A DNA stretch of 64,000 bases. It comes from Camelus ferus (taxonomy: Eukaryota). Numbering within the stretch: the first letter of the stretch is position 1; every line of letters starts with the position of its first letter. The DNA lies in contig NC_045697.1 of NCBI RefSeq assembly GCF_009834535.1, forward strand, positions 69,008,001 to 69,072,000, read 5' to 3'. The notes below the pieces were generated by a model. That model was not told the DNA's origin, searched no databases, and saw nothing but the letters and a program-made list of their open reading frames with translations. Position numbers and translations under genes: made by a program. Of this stretch, positions 25,670 to 38,219 are shown in pieces.

Positions 25670-26166
25670 TGTAAGAGAGGCAAAAATTTTCCTCTATCCT
25701 TAGAGTCTCTGACTGGACCCGAGAATAAAATTGATACAGACAGATTAATAGGAGAAAAGTATACAAATTTTACTTTTACATGTTCATTGATGTCTTCACA
25801 GGAAAATGAAGATCCCAAAAGTGGTTAGGCCTATGTACTTATATACTAGAGTGAAAAAACTGTAGTCATTGTGAGGAAAGTAAAATATACAGGGAGACTA
25901 AAGGAAGATAAGGGTGATTTTAACAAGGTGTGTTTGTGCAGTTTCTTCACAACGTTGACTCCCTGTCTCTGGTGATAAGAAGGTTCTTTTCCTCCAGGTG
26001 CAGGAAGGGGCAACTTTTACATGGGAGATTTTGCTCCGGTTTTCAGGAAGCAAAAAGGAGATAAGTGTGCCTTTCTTGCATCTTTTGTTTTTCTAGCATC
26101 TTTAGCTCAAAACAGTTAATATGCCAAGATAGCATATTTTGAAGTGGCGTGTTTTGACCCCCTACA
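25670..26166 (-). mobile_element. ERV1 solo LTR, MER34-like (497 bp)
   Basis: TG...CA termini; 4-bp TSD TTTA (25666-25669 / 26167-26170); MER34-type 5' end; minus-strand TATATAA near 25840-25846. Confidence 0.85.
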
Positions 26167-26858
26167 TTTACATCATCTCTCTAAATAAGGTATAATACCA
26201 CTGCTTAGGGTTTTGCTTAATAAACTTTAATCACATTCCAGACTTGCCTTTCAAGATTTCATCTAGGTTGTTTTGGTTAGGGTTTGAGGCATTCCCAAAC
26301 CCCTGAGTCCTGTAGTTCCACACAGGCTCCAAGTTTACTCCTTCAAAGTCACTAATTTAAGCAAATAATGAGTACCTACGCTCTGAAAAGCACAATTTGA
26401 TGCTCTGGGGATAAACTATGACCCAGAAAGACCTGTTTCTATTTTTAAAAAGCCGTAAGAATAACTTTCCTAGAGGGCAATCATTTTTCTTCTTCTTATG
26501 TTCTTGGGTGGCCTCTCATTGTTGATACTATTTAAAAAAAAACAAACAAACAAAACATTGTGAAGTTTATTAAAAACTTTAAGTAATCATTTTGTATCAC
26601 AAGTAACCAGTTGTCTGTCACATGTTGTCTTTTCTTAAAATGTAGCACTGAGGATGATCCTAAGTTTTCCATCCTCCTTAAATTTAACAACAGGTAATTT
26701 TGGATAATATGTACAATAATAGGCTTTGCTTATAATTAATGTTAAAGAGTTTGAATTAGAGACGTAGAATTTGGAAGTTATCATAAAATTGCTTGCTACA
26801 TTCAAATACTTCTTTCATTCTTCATTCACCTGACAATGTTGAACTTTTATTTGAACCC

Positions 26859-27136
26859 TGTATTTTGAGAAGCAGTGACTGAAAAATCTTTGTACCCTTT
26901 CGTGTTCCAGGAAATGGCTAACCACAAAGCCACATGTCTGGCCTCACATATTCCAAGATGTCTCTGCCATTCCTCATAACCCCCAACGGGCAGGTGACAG
27001 CCTGGTTTATCTGCCTCTATAAAACCCCAAGCCCTCCCTTTTCTTTGAGATGTTCCTCATTAATAAATACTCTCTTTACTGCAATCATCCAAATAAAATC
27101 ATCTCCTTAATTGTCTAGTATATTTTGTCTTTCACA
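26859..27136 (+). mobile_element. Short solo LTR (ERV1-like)
   Basis: TG...CA termini, TATAAAA near 27018-27024, downstream AATAAA signals, near-TSD ACCC/CCCC. Confidence 0.6.
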
Positions 27137-27352
27137 CCCCAAATCATAATTCTCAAAGCTGCCTTAACACAAAGTTGGTTGGGTTTTTATGACGATTAAG
27201 AGTTAATAATTGTATAGCACTTTGAATGATACCAGACATCCAGTATATGTTCAACAATGTATTGTCTGTAATACCTATGTTATCTACAATAATAATTATT
27301 ATTAAGCATTTTTAACTCCTAATCAATATTAGAGTAAAAATATTATTCAAAT

Positions 27353-27851
27353 TGTTGAAGAAAATACTATTTGTGACCCTTGTTGAAGATGGTAAGTAAG
27401 GCAGATTTTTCTCATGGGGGACCATTGCAATGGGTATAGGGACACCTGCAATGGGATCTTGCAGTGGGAGAGAGAGATTGGACTCAATTTCCAATGCAGC
27501 CTGGGCAAGTGGGAATTTTTAGCCAAGGAGCAGAGTGGGGTGTGGTCATTACTAAGAGGAAACATCAGGAGTAAGGGGAGATTCTGGCTAGACTACCTAA
27601 CAGGATTCTTGCTGAAGGCAGGCCAGGGGCATCAGATTCCACCTGGGGGTGGGGGTGGCAGATAGGAACCAAATTAGATATTGAGGGTGATCAGATATGG
27701 AGGATGGGGGATTCTAGTTCAACTGACTTACTAGAATTCTTGCTAAAACTGGAAAATGCTGAAAGGAACACTCAAGTCCAAAGTCAGGCCTAGCTGAAAA
27801 AGAGTTCAGCGAAGACTGAGTAGAGTTTCATCAAGGAGAGAACCTTTGACG
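27353..27851 (-). mobile_element. ERV1 solo LTR, MER31-like
   Basis: Minus-strand start tcaaaggttctctccttgatgaaactctactcag... and the body match my recall of MER31. Confidence 0.75.
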
Positions 27852-28509
27852 TCAGGGAAGGGGATTTGGAAAAACCTACTCAATCTATATATTTTAATTT
27901 CAGTGCAATGCAACCTAAATTGCCCAGAGGAGGAAGAGCAGGAAAAGGTCTGGGAAGGTGTGTGGGGCTGCGGGGGGAGGGGAGGAGTGGCAAGGTTGAG
28001 AGAAGGAGAAATATATGGTCCATTCCTCAGAACTGCTGTTCTCCTAGGTTCCCAGTGCTGCTTCTAGACTATAGAGTGAGCACCCTCCCTTCCAGGCTCA
28101 TCCTGTGGAAGTGAATCCTCAGTCTATGTCCCCTGTCCCATTTCACAGTGTTACAGTTCTCATCTAGCAGAGACCTCTTCCTGCTCCTTGGATACCTTCT
28201 TTCCCTACACCAGTATTCTCTATATCCAAAGGTAATTTAACAGCTGCAGTTCCCTTAGTCCTTGATCCTGTAGACCCTCATCTCCATTCCACAGCCAGGC
28301 ACCTGCCGGGCCTTTGATCTTCTCCTCACTCCTCATCACAATGAGCAACCCTTTGATTCTTTACATCAGCAATCCCTCCTTTTTGACAGAATTTCTTTTT
28401 TATATGCCACATTTTCACTGTTACCTTACAGAGGCTAACTTGCTTTTTACCTTCATCTTTCTCAGATTAAAAGTTACCTTCTTGCCTCCTAAGACTCTCT
28501 TCAAACTCT

Positions 28510-29165
28510 AGTGCAATCAAAAATGCGTTCAGCTTCAGGGAAAAGAAACCCCAACGGAAAGTGGCTTAAATCAGAATTCTCTGAGAGCTGCTGATGGTTA
28601 AAAATAAGCTGAGATAGTGATCGTTTGGTCTTTGGAGTAGGCATTTAAGGAGCGATTGCCTCCAGTCCTAAGCAGCTTTGTCCATCTACCTACATGTGGA
28701 ATATGAATATTAGCATCTCCTTGTGTGCTAAGATATGGGAAATGATGAGAAGCACTAGATTAACGGAGTAGTTTACAGTCTCACTGGCGCAAGTCCTAGG
28801 ATAGGCAGTTCCAGACTGGTGCTATGGCTCAACAATGCCATGGGACGCCCAGGCTTTTTATACCTTCTTAGTCCATCATCCTGACCGTGCTGGCATTTGT
28901 TCTCTTAGTTGTTGCCTCATGGCATTAGTGCCTCCAAGCCTCAAAACCTCAACCCAAGCAAAAAGAAGAGAGGGAGAATAGTGGCAATAAATCACCTCTG
29001 CTTATACCATGTTGGCTAGAACCGCATCACATGGCCACTTCAGTTTCAAGAAAGGCTGGGGGATTGAGTTTTCAGGTTTCACAGCTGCTATAATAGAGCC
29101 AGGTAAGAAAAAATCAGGGAGGTGGGTGGAATGGGTATTATCTGGGCCCATCTGTCATATCTGAA
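28510..29165 (-). mobile_element. Old MaLR LTR (MLT1K/L-like) with an internal hAT-Charlie-like insert (~28572-28757)
   Basis: MLT1 antisense motifs (gtggcttaaa...cagttccagactggt...attggctagaac-like...cacatggccac); the insert ends gagaagcactag. Confidence 0.5.
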
Positions 29166-31859
29166 ACACCAAGATTCCAAGATGGTAATATTTAATACAG
29201 CCGTTTCTGCAGAAGTTCAACACCCTGGCCTTTCCTAACCATGCAGTGGACCTATGTTATCTCACCAAACCCTGAATCTTCCCCCAATGTCTGCTTCTTA
29301 TCTCTTACTGAACAGCATGATGGTGCTGGAGGGAAAATGAGGCTGATCCAATGATTAATTGTCATTCTCCTGTTGAAATCTGATCCTCACTGCAGCTCAG
29401 CTTTTCTAATAGTCCTACTTATGGTTATTCTGGGTATTTATTTAAGATATCCATCCTTTTTCTTAATAGGAACAAAAACAATACCAAAACTGTCTTGTGT
29501 CATATCCCATGTTATACAGTAGGTCAAAATCCCCTTTATGCTCTTAATACAAATAATAAAAGCAGAAAGAAGAGTGGGGCCAGGTCAGGAACCCACTCAA
29601 GTGGCAAAAGCAGCGAGACTGAAGAGAGAGCTATTGTGAAAACTTAATATGAAAGAGACTGATCAAGACTACAGCTGTTACCACGCTGACAACGATGTGA
29701 AGAGGCAGGACAAGACCTTAGAAGGGCCTGCATTAGACCCCAATAGAGCTCTGAGGACTGCGTTATCTTCGAACTTGCATTATGCTCTAACCTAGTGTTT
29801 TTTGAAGGCTTCTAGTCCTGTCCCCAAGAATGTGCCACAGGTGTCCTTAAAGTCACCGCACTCTGAACCCACCACATGACAGATTAATTCAACTAATTAC
29901 CTCCACTGTAGTTTCTCCTGCTTCTGTTTCTTTCCTTGGCATTTCGCTTTCAGTCCTACACTTCTAACCAGTCACAGAATAACCCCACTCTGATGTTTAT
30001 GATCTGCATAGGAGCTTTATATAATGACATCTGGAGCGAAATGGAAAAGAAAGCCACCTGCCAATGGGTTACATTCCAATTTGTGGGGCATAAGCTGTGA
30101 AAAGGTTCTTGCACACACTTGCACAGGAGGAAAAACGTTGCAGGATACCTTGAGCTAGGGCTAGGACTGAATCTTGACATCTTGGTTTAGAAGAGTAGAG
30201 GCTGAAAAAAAAATGCCATTTCAAAGTTGCCAATAATTTTTTGTTGTTGTTTCACAACAACACAGAACCACATTTGGGACAAAAGCCCCTTTGTTTTGAT
30301 TAAACCTTCAGAATTTTTTTTACGTAAATATACAGCAAAGACTACAGTTTTTAAAAGAAGGATTTGTTTAATTATACAAAGGACTGTTCACCTGGTAAAG
30401 TTGGATTTCCACAGATTTGGTTCCCTTAGTGGATGTCTCCCCTGAGATTACAACTCCTTTATACCTAAAAAGAGTTGCTTTTCTTGGGGGATGTGAGTTG
30501 AGGACATTGCTGGTTGAAGATAAGGACCTGGAGGCCAGAGGTTGAAGGAACTGTTTATATAAGACATATTCTAAGCCCTGGGCATGAACAGTGCTGCTTT
30601 CAGCTCCAGATGGTGAATTTTGATACAGAGCTGAGGAGGCAGCTGCCTGTGCCCAGAAATTTTCATTGACAAACACCCTGAGGAATGTCAACTTTTAGAA
30701 CCTCAGACCTGGAAACAGCACTCAGTGTTTCTTGGTCTCTGTCTGTCTGCCTCTCTCTTTCTCTCTTATGTCTCACTGCATCTGTAACTCTGCTGTCTCT
30801 CTGGTGGTTTCACTATCTCCTACTGCAAACAGGCATTCTCCACAAGATGAGAAATAAGATCACTGGCATCCATTTTCACAAACTTCTGACTAGCATTCGA
30901 AAGCAAGGTCTTCCTCGCTATCTCCATCTAGAACAATCCTAGTGAGATACTGCAGCTTGGATCATATGACTTACCTCACCAGAGGAGGATGCATTCTGAT
31001 TGACCTGGCCTGAGCCACGGGCTCGAGAGTATAAGCTTTGCATCTGGAAGGTACGATGGGAGTGGGCATCAAGTACTGGCATACTTGGCAGCTAAAAGCA
31101 ATAGCTAGCAATTTTATTATGTTTAAAGCTGAGTAAGATTTATTTCCCAACGCAGAGCACGTACCCACTGCTTCAGAACCCCATCTGTGCTGCCTTGTAC
31201 TCTCAGGCAAGCCCTTAAGGAAAGAACAGACATGTTGTTCAAATGCTTTTAGAAGCACATCCAGATATTTGTGAAAAAAGGAATGAGTGAAAATCCTGAA
31301 TCCATTATTTCCTGGACCTTCCCCATCATTCGCTTTATTCACCTTGCTCCTTTTCTTCATGGAATGAGGTTGTCTATGGCAGGGGATGCAGTAAGAGGAG
31401 TGGTCTTATCTGCCCTGAGTCTTGACTGGATAATGGGGGAAGAGGTTTGAGGAGCACAATTCATTTTCAACAACATGAACTTGAACAATTTAATCCCCAT
31501 ACATCTGTGAAGTAGGAACTCAGGATCTTGGATTTTTAAATGTCTAAATCAGTCAGCCTGAATGTGATCAAGTTTAATCAGCCTATAGAATCAGAATACA
31601 CCTTAATATTAACCATTTTTATTTAAAAAAATCAAGAAAATTAATTTTTAAAAAGAGGGAAAAGCAGTTTGAATCTTTAACAGCGATATAATTGTAATCA
31701 TTAAAAGAATTGTTTACCACAGATTCCTAACTATCATTCAGGGCGCTCTTTAACTCTTTTGAATTAGTTAAGTAATTTTTACTGTTCATTACCCTCCTTC
31801 CCACTGTTAGCTTATTAGTTATATAATGTTTAACTTTTATTATCGGGGTTACTCTAGAG

Positions 31860-32090
31860 CAGGGTTTCTCAATCTAGTGTTATGATTGACATTTTGGATT
31901 GAAGAATTCTTTATAGAGTGGGAGGGGGATGTTCTGTGCACATTATAAGATCCTTAGCAGCATCCATGATTTCCACTCCCTAGGTACCAGTAGTACTCCC
32001 CACTGTCCTGCAATCATGACGATCAAAAATGTCTTCAGACATTGTCAAATATCCCCTGTGGAGCACAATCTCTATTCTTGAGAATCATTG
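31860..32090 (+). mobile_element. MER20 (hAT-Charlie MITE), full length
   Basis: cagggtttctcaa...ttgagaatcattg TIRs; diagnostic aaaaatgtcttcagacattgtcaaat; perfect 8-bp TSD CTCTAGAG (31852-31859 / 32091-32098). Confidence 0.92.
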
Positions 32091-32689
32091 CTCTAGAGCT
32101 GGGGAATTCATCCTCCTAACCCAAGAACAAAATTTGTATTTGGCCAAGATGACAACTTTACACTTGAAACCAATGAATTTTGATGATTCAAAACCTAAAT
32201 GCTTGCTATTTTATCTCAAGATAATAAGCAAGTTCATATTCAGTAGTGACTAACTGAAGCACTGATTTTACTTTCTTTTGTCATCAGAGATTTTTAAAAT
32301 ATTTTTTACCTCTAATACTGTTCCCATCTGAACATGCTTGGCACTAATGCATTCAGAAAGCATTCTTTTTTCTTCAAGAAATCCACTTTACCTGTGTGCA
32401 TGGAACAGAGGAAACTTGTTGGCTCTATACTCTCATTTTCCTTACATTTTACAATTACAGATTTTGAAAATGAGATTGCTACCTTGCATTCTTAAGACTT
32501 TCAGTTATAGATGGTTGGTATTCAAAACAAATATGTCAGCCAAGTAACTGCAGTGTGCAGGGATGGTACTGGCTTAGACACAAATAAATCAAGGGTTTCA
32601 AACTGCATCATTGCAATCATCAACATCATCATCTTCATTTACTTCTCCATGTCTCTTTCCCTATTCTCTCTTATCTCTCTGGGAAAAAA

Positions 32690-33555
32690 GGGTGTAATAC
32701 CATGACCTTAATAACTTAACACAAATTTATTCTTATAAAGTTCTGGAAGTCAGAAGTCCAAAATAAGTCTTGCAGGGCTAAAATCAAGGTGTGGGCAAGG
32801 CTAATTCTTTCTAGAGTTCCCAGGGGAATTTTTTCTTGTTGTGATGGTTAATTTCATGTGTCAATTTGATTGGGCCATCAGGGACCCATATGCTTGATTA
32901 GCCATTATTCTGGGTGTGGCTGTGAGGGGGTTCTGGATGATACTTACATTTGAATCTGTAGACTGAGTAAAGCGCATTGCCCTCACCAATGTGGGTGGGC
33001 CTCATCCAGTTCATTGAAGGCCTGGATAGAATAAAAAGGCAGTGTTAAGATTGAATTTCTCTCTGCCTGTCTTTGAAACAGGACCTTGGTCCTCTCCTGC
33101 TTTCAGAACTTACACCATTTGCTGTCCTGGGTGTCTCCAGCTTGCTGACTGAAAATCTTGGGATTTCAGCCTCCATAACCACATGTGCCAACTCTTTGTA
33201 ATAAATCTCTTAATATTTTTTTCTGTTTCTCTGGAGAAGCCAGATTAATGCACTTTCCTCCTCCAGCTTCTAGAGGTGGTCAGCATTTCCTGATTTATGG
33301 CCACATCTCTCCAATCTCTGTCTCAATGGTCACCTTGCTTTCTACTCACTCTGATCTTCCACTTTCTTCTTAATAATGACTTTTCTGATTACATCAGGCC
33401 CACCCCACATGAAATGTCCAGATAATCCAGGATAATCTGCTCCTCTCAAGATCTTAATTGTATCTGCAATATCCTTTACTGTGTAACATATTCACAGGTT
33501 CTAGAGATTTAAACATCAACATCTTTGGGTGGAGGGCATTATTCAGCCAACCACA
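32690..33555 (-). mobile_element. MLT1C-like MaLR LTR, split by MLT2 and itself within an older MLT1J-like LTR (~32600-33846)
   Basis: aaatttattcttataaagttctggaagtcagaagtccaaaat...gggcattattcagccaaccaca. Confidence 0.75.
32840..33252 (+). mobile_element. MLT2 (ERVL) solo LTR
   Basis: tgtgatggttaatttcatgtgtcaatttgattgggcca start; ...ttctgtttctctggagaagccagattaatgca end. Confidence 0.88.
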
Positions 33556-34109
33556 GAAGGTGTCTTGTTCACTAACTCTAGCAGAAAAGTCCTAGGAAGA
33601 ACTCTTATTGGCCCAGCTCATATTTCATCCCTAAGCCAAACAGCACGGCCAAAGGGATGTCAGCCTAATTTGCATTCCCACTCTTCCTGAGGGGTGGAAT
33701 GAGAATGTTGTGACAATAGGACCACCAGGTCCCTAGGAATTTGGAGATGGATGGCTCCCCAATGGAAGGGCTGCTATTACCAAGAAGAGAGAAGGGATGA
33801 TGAGTAGGCAAAAACAAAAATCAAAACAAAACAGATGTTCTAGCACATATTCCCATTGGAACCCCACTGTCAACACTCTGGTAATAACACCAGGACTGTG
33901 CTTATTTAAAAATCCTCTGTATGAGAATATGTACTTGTCTGTGTTTTCAGTTTAGACAAAAAAAGCAGTGAATAAGGGCATGGGATTTAGAGTCATTCAA
34001 ACCTGGATTTATTGCCTGACTCTGTCCCTTCCAGCTGTATAACATTAGATGTGTTATTGAAACGTGCTCATTTTCAGTTTCCTCACAGGTAAAATAAAGT
34101 TGCTTACTC

Positions 34110-34975
34110 TATTGGACAGGGACATTTTTCATGTTTTTTGACTACCCAGCACATTTTAAAAACATCTCTACCATAGTCAAAAGTCCCAGTTTTTGTTTTG
34201 TTTTGTTTCTGTTTTTGTTTTTTTGTAAATAAATAGGATTTTTAAAATTGAAGTATGGTTGATTTACAATGTTGTGTTAGTTTCTGGTGTACAGCAAAGC
34301 AATTCAGTTATACAGATATATATATTATATATATATTATTTTTCAGATTCTTCCTATATAGGACATGGACATTTTTCATGTTTTCTGAGGACCCAGCACA
34401 TTTTGAAAACATCTTTACCACAATGGAATAGTCCCAGTTTTAAGAGTCCTGTTCCACAAAGGGGAATGCAGAAAACAAAATTCCCAATTTCTCTTGTGCT
34501 GGACCTGGGGATACAACACTCGTTCTAGCTTCTCCAATCAGACTCACACACATCAGAATTTGATTATTAAATGAGCAACAAGAGGAAGAAGGCTGCAGTC
34601 AGAATCCATTTTTGCTGGCATGAAAGGCAATAATGCTGCTGCTTTCCATGGTAGCAGCAACAGTGAATACGGCTCCTCAGTGGTTTCAAGGTCTAGTTCT
34701 GGCACAGAGGTGGCCCAGGTGGGGAGCTGGGCACTGGTGGCACCTTCCCCAATGCTCTGTAGGACAGCAACGGGGGGCAGCAGTTCTTCTTTGGGCCAAC
34801 TGTGCTGTATGGTGTTCAGAATTGTTCCCAGGAGCTTAACGTCAAGTTTACTTCTCCAGACCTCCCATCAGTTTCATGAGCTAGCCAAAATCCTTTTAAT
34901 AAACTCCTTTTTCTGCTTAATCAGCTAAAGAGAGTTAGCTTCATGTGCTTGAAATTGAGGGTGATGACTGCTACA
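34110..34975 (+). mobile_element. ERVL LTR (LTR41/LTR33-like) inserted in a MIR (33960-34110 and 34975-35020)
   Basis: 3' end aataaactcctttttctgcttaatcagctaaagag...gactgctaca, with MIR halves on both sides. Confidence 0.6.
34194..34360 (-). mobile_element. Short L1 3' end (artiodactyl-type)
   Basis: T-rich tail, then attgaagtatggttgatttacaatgttgtgttagtttctggtgtacagcaaag; flanked by an ~80-bp direct repeat. Confidence 0.85.
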
Positions 34976-37419
34976 TCAACCTCAGAGAGTTGGTGTTGTC
35001 ATTAAAGAGAATAACATATTGTCACACAAGCTGGTGTCCTCCATGTGCCTGCTGACCATCCCCCAAATACACTGTCTGCACCCAAGCTCTTGTTTCAGGG
35101 TTGGTTTTGAGGGAGCACAATGAAGACACACCATATTAATGGAGGCCCAATCTCAGGAAAATAGTGCATTTTGACTTAGAACATTTCAGATAAAAAAAGG
35201 CATTTGAAACTAAAATTCCAAAGCTGATGCCTCCACTTTCATTGTCTTCAAATCAAAGTGCTAAAATACTGAATTTTCCTTTTGAAGAGTTGGGATCACT
35301 CCCATGATTTTCTATGCCATTAATGTATCTGGTGTACATTATTTTGCAAAAAAATGTTGGTAAAATTCCCTAAAAGGAATAGCCTTTTTAATATATCAAG
35401 TCATCTTTTTGTTTATCCCAGAGGTAAAGGCTTAATATGTGTTTGCACTGAAAATAGTGCTGAAATTTGAGAATACATTTAAAATAAGATTAATATTTTG
35501 TAATATCCTACTGGTTGAAATGTAGTTTACAAGAAAAACTAATTACTTCTACAGAGCGGTTGAAAACCTTAGACCTAGAATATGTGAATGATTTTCATTT
35601 GAACCAATTAAGAGAATTGATTCATCTTTGTTGCAAAGCAGTCTGGTTACATTTAGTCAGGAAACATTCACGATGTTTGGGTCAATGTTTCTGGAAACCT
35701 TAAAAAAAAAAAAAAAACTAGAACACATTTTCCCTGCAGGCTCTAACTTGAAAATTCAATTAAGATTTATTGATAAAAGACTGCACCAGCTATAATATAT
35801 TATCCTAATTTAGGAATCAATAAGCATTTCTGTGATTTTTATGTACTATAAATCATATACTTTAATTTATGCCCATCTGATGTCCAAATGTGTCAGTAAA
35901 TGAGATGCCTAAAGCAACATGTGGGGATAGAATATAATTCTGTTAATGTTGAAAAGAGGTGGCATTTGTATTCTAATCATAACAGAGCTTATGTGGACTG
36001 TTTTAACAACTTGCATACTAGACTCATTTTATTAATATAGTGTCCCTTCTGTCTCTCGTCTTTCACACCTGGTTAATCCACCCACCACCATAAAGACAAA
36101 CTGAAAACACCAACAAAAGTTTCAGGCAGTTGCCTCCACACTTTCCCATTTCTCCTTCCCCAATCTCATACCTCCTTCTAACCAGCTTTGGTTCTGTGAT
36201 AGCCTGCATGTGTAACAGAGTTCCAGGTGAGCTGAATTTAGAGCCTTGCGTGACAAGCTGGCAGCATCTCTTGGGTTAGGTACCTGTAGCCAGTTCCCTA
36301 GGAGATCTCTGGTTTGCTTTTCGTTATGTAAGATGTTCAGGCACCTGTTCTCTTGGGGCTACGTCTCACAGCCTGATGTTTTTCCTCAAGCTTTCGCGGT
36401 CTACAGAGCTCGCCTCCAGGATGAGAGACGGGGACTCCTGCACACCGATGAAAGAGCCGCTCGGGAAAGACATGAATCAGAATCTGAACCATCTCCTTCT
36501 TGAGCTTTAACATTGTTAGAAATTTTCTGATAGATTGAGGTGGTTCAGTCCAAGATTTTTTTTGTTGGAGAAGCATACCAAGGGCTCTGAAGTAGAACTC
36601 TCCCTCAGTGGTCTGAGCTTAAGACCCAGCCAACCCGAGAACCTTGCTGTCCAAAGGGACCAGTTTTGATTAAAGCATATAGGAGAGACAGGAAGCTGCG
36701 TCAGGAGATTCTAGTAATACTCTAGCATGTTCTCAGCTTTAAGAACCTAATGGCCGGGTACGTACAAGTATAGACTTGAAGTGTAACTGTGTGGGGTTGA
36801 AGGGGTCTGGCCGAGAAAAGATATCACTGTGGCAGTAGACAGGTACTTCTCAGATTGTGCAGAACAGGTGCTTAGTAGAGACACCAAGTATAACAGTAGA
36901 GGCCTCATTAGACTTTTTGGTTCTCTCTCCTCACTTCTTTTGGAAGCTGAATGCACCATTGTGGACAACTTGTTGTGGGGAGGCCACAGAAGGTAGACAT
37001 TGGTCTTCCAGCAAATATGAGAGTGAGGCATGCTAAACTGATTAATTAAGTTGTGGTTTCCAGTTCTGCTTACTCCTAGAGTCTTGGCCACCTCCCTTTA
37101 CTTTTGTGTCTCTGAGTATAAGCTACATAGATTGCAAAACTTAGATCACAGTTCTATTTTTTCTGGAAAAACAACTGAGCAAAAAAAAATTGATAAGTTT
37201 ATTTTTTAAATATCCACATAAAACTCAAAGTTTGAAGAATTATTTTTAAATAAAAAATATGTAGATTTATAATAGCATGTTTTACAAACCTCAAAGTGTT
37301 TGGGTGAACAGTAGGGAGTTGGCTAACTGAGAAAGATGCTGAGATACAAGATTGATTGACAATAAAAGGGCCCCTCTCAGTTTTAGAATGGATAAGGGGC
37401 AAGTAGGAGACGACCTAGA

Positions 37420-38000
37420 TTAAAAACAAGACCAAATATAGCCCAGAATTTGAAGTTGTTTGTCTTAACTCTGTTCAAACCAGATTCACACTTCCACTCC
37501 TTATGTGGCTGGCACCCAAGGAGAAAACAAACCTTTGGACAAAATATGTTAGGAAACAAAAATGAAAGAAAGCCTCCCATTTTACAAAATCAGATTTTAA
37601 AAAGTAAAATGCTTAATAGTAAACTTAAAAAGAAAAATATAAGATCTACTTGGGAAGAAAATTGTGGGACATAAAAAATTAAATAAACACAGATATATAG
37701 TTAACTCTTTTTAAAAAAAATTTGGGAGACTAATTAGGAAGATTGAAAATCCAGAAGTCATTAAGGAATAGATTAATACATTTGACTACATAAAAACTAA
37801 GGGCTCCTGCAAGACAAAAACAAATACTACAGATAAAGACAAAACACAGCCAATTAACTGAAGAAAAAACTATTTGCAACACATAACAGTAAAATTCTAA
37901 TTTCTTTAATATACAAATAACACTTGCTAATCAATAAGACAAAGAGACAAAAATTGACACAGAGTATATACTTGCAAATTAATTTAAAATACTTTATTTA
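37420..38000 (+). mobile_element. Ancient L1 (L1ME-like) ORF2 fragments, continuing at ~38880-39480
   Basis: Decayed L1 ORF2 3' motifs (gattaatacatttgactacataaaaact...atttgcaacacata). Confidence 0.6.
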
Positions 38001-38059
38001 ACAAAGAAATGATGCAAGCAAAAACAAAATCTCCTTCATGAGTCTTAAATTCTAGTAGG

Positions 38060-38183
38060 CAAGCCTGATACCCAGCTGGTAAAACCTCGCAGGGCTATAC
38101 TAGTTGCTTATGATTTGTGCTCAGTCTGATTGGTCAGTACCTGTACCTTTCCAGTTGTTAAATATTTTAAATATCATCCCTGC
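38060..38183 (-). mobile_element. MER53-like hAT MITE
   Basis: tctgattggtcagtacctgtacc...gttgttaaatattttaaatatcatccctg. Confidence 0.6.
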
Positions 38184-38219
38184 TGGTAGAGGATTGACAG
38201 ACAATAAACTAATAAATTT

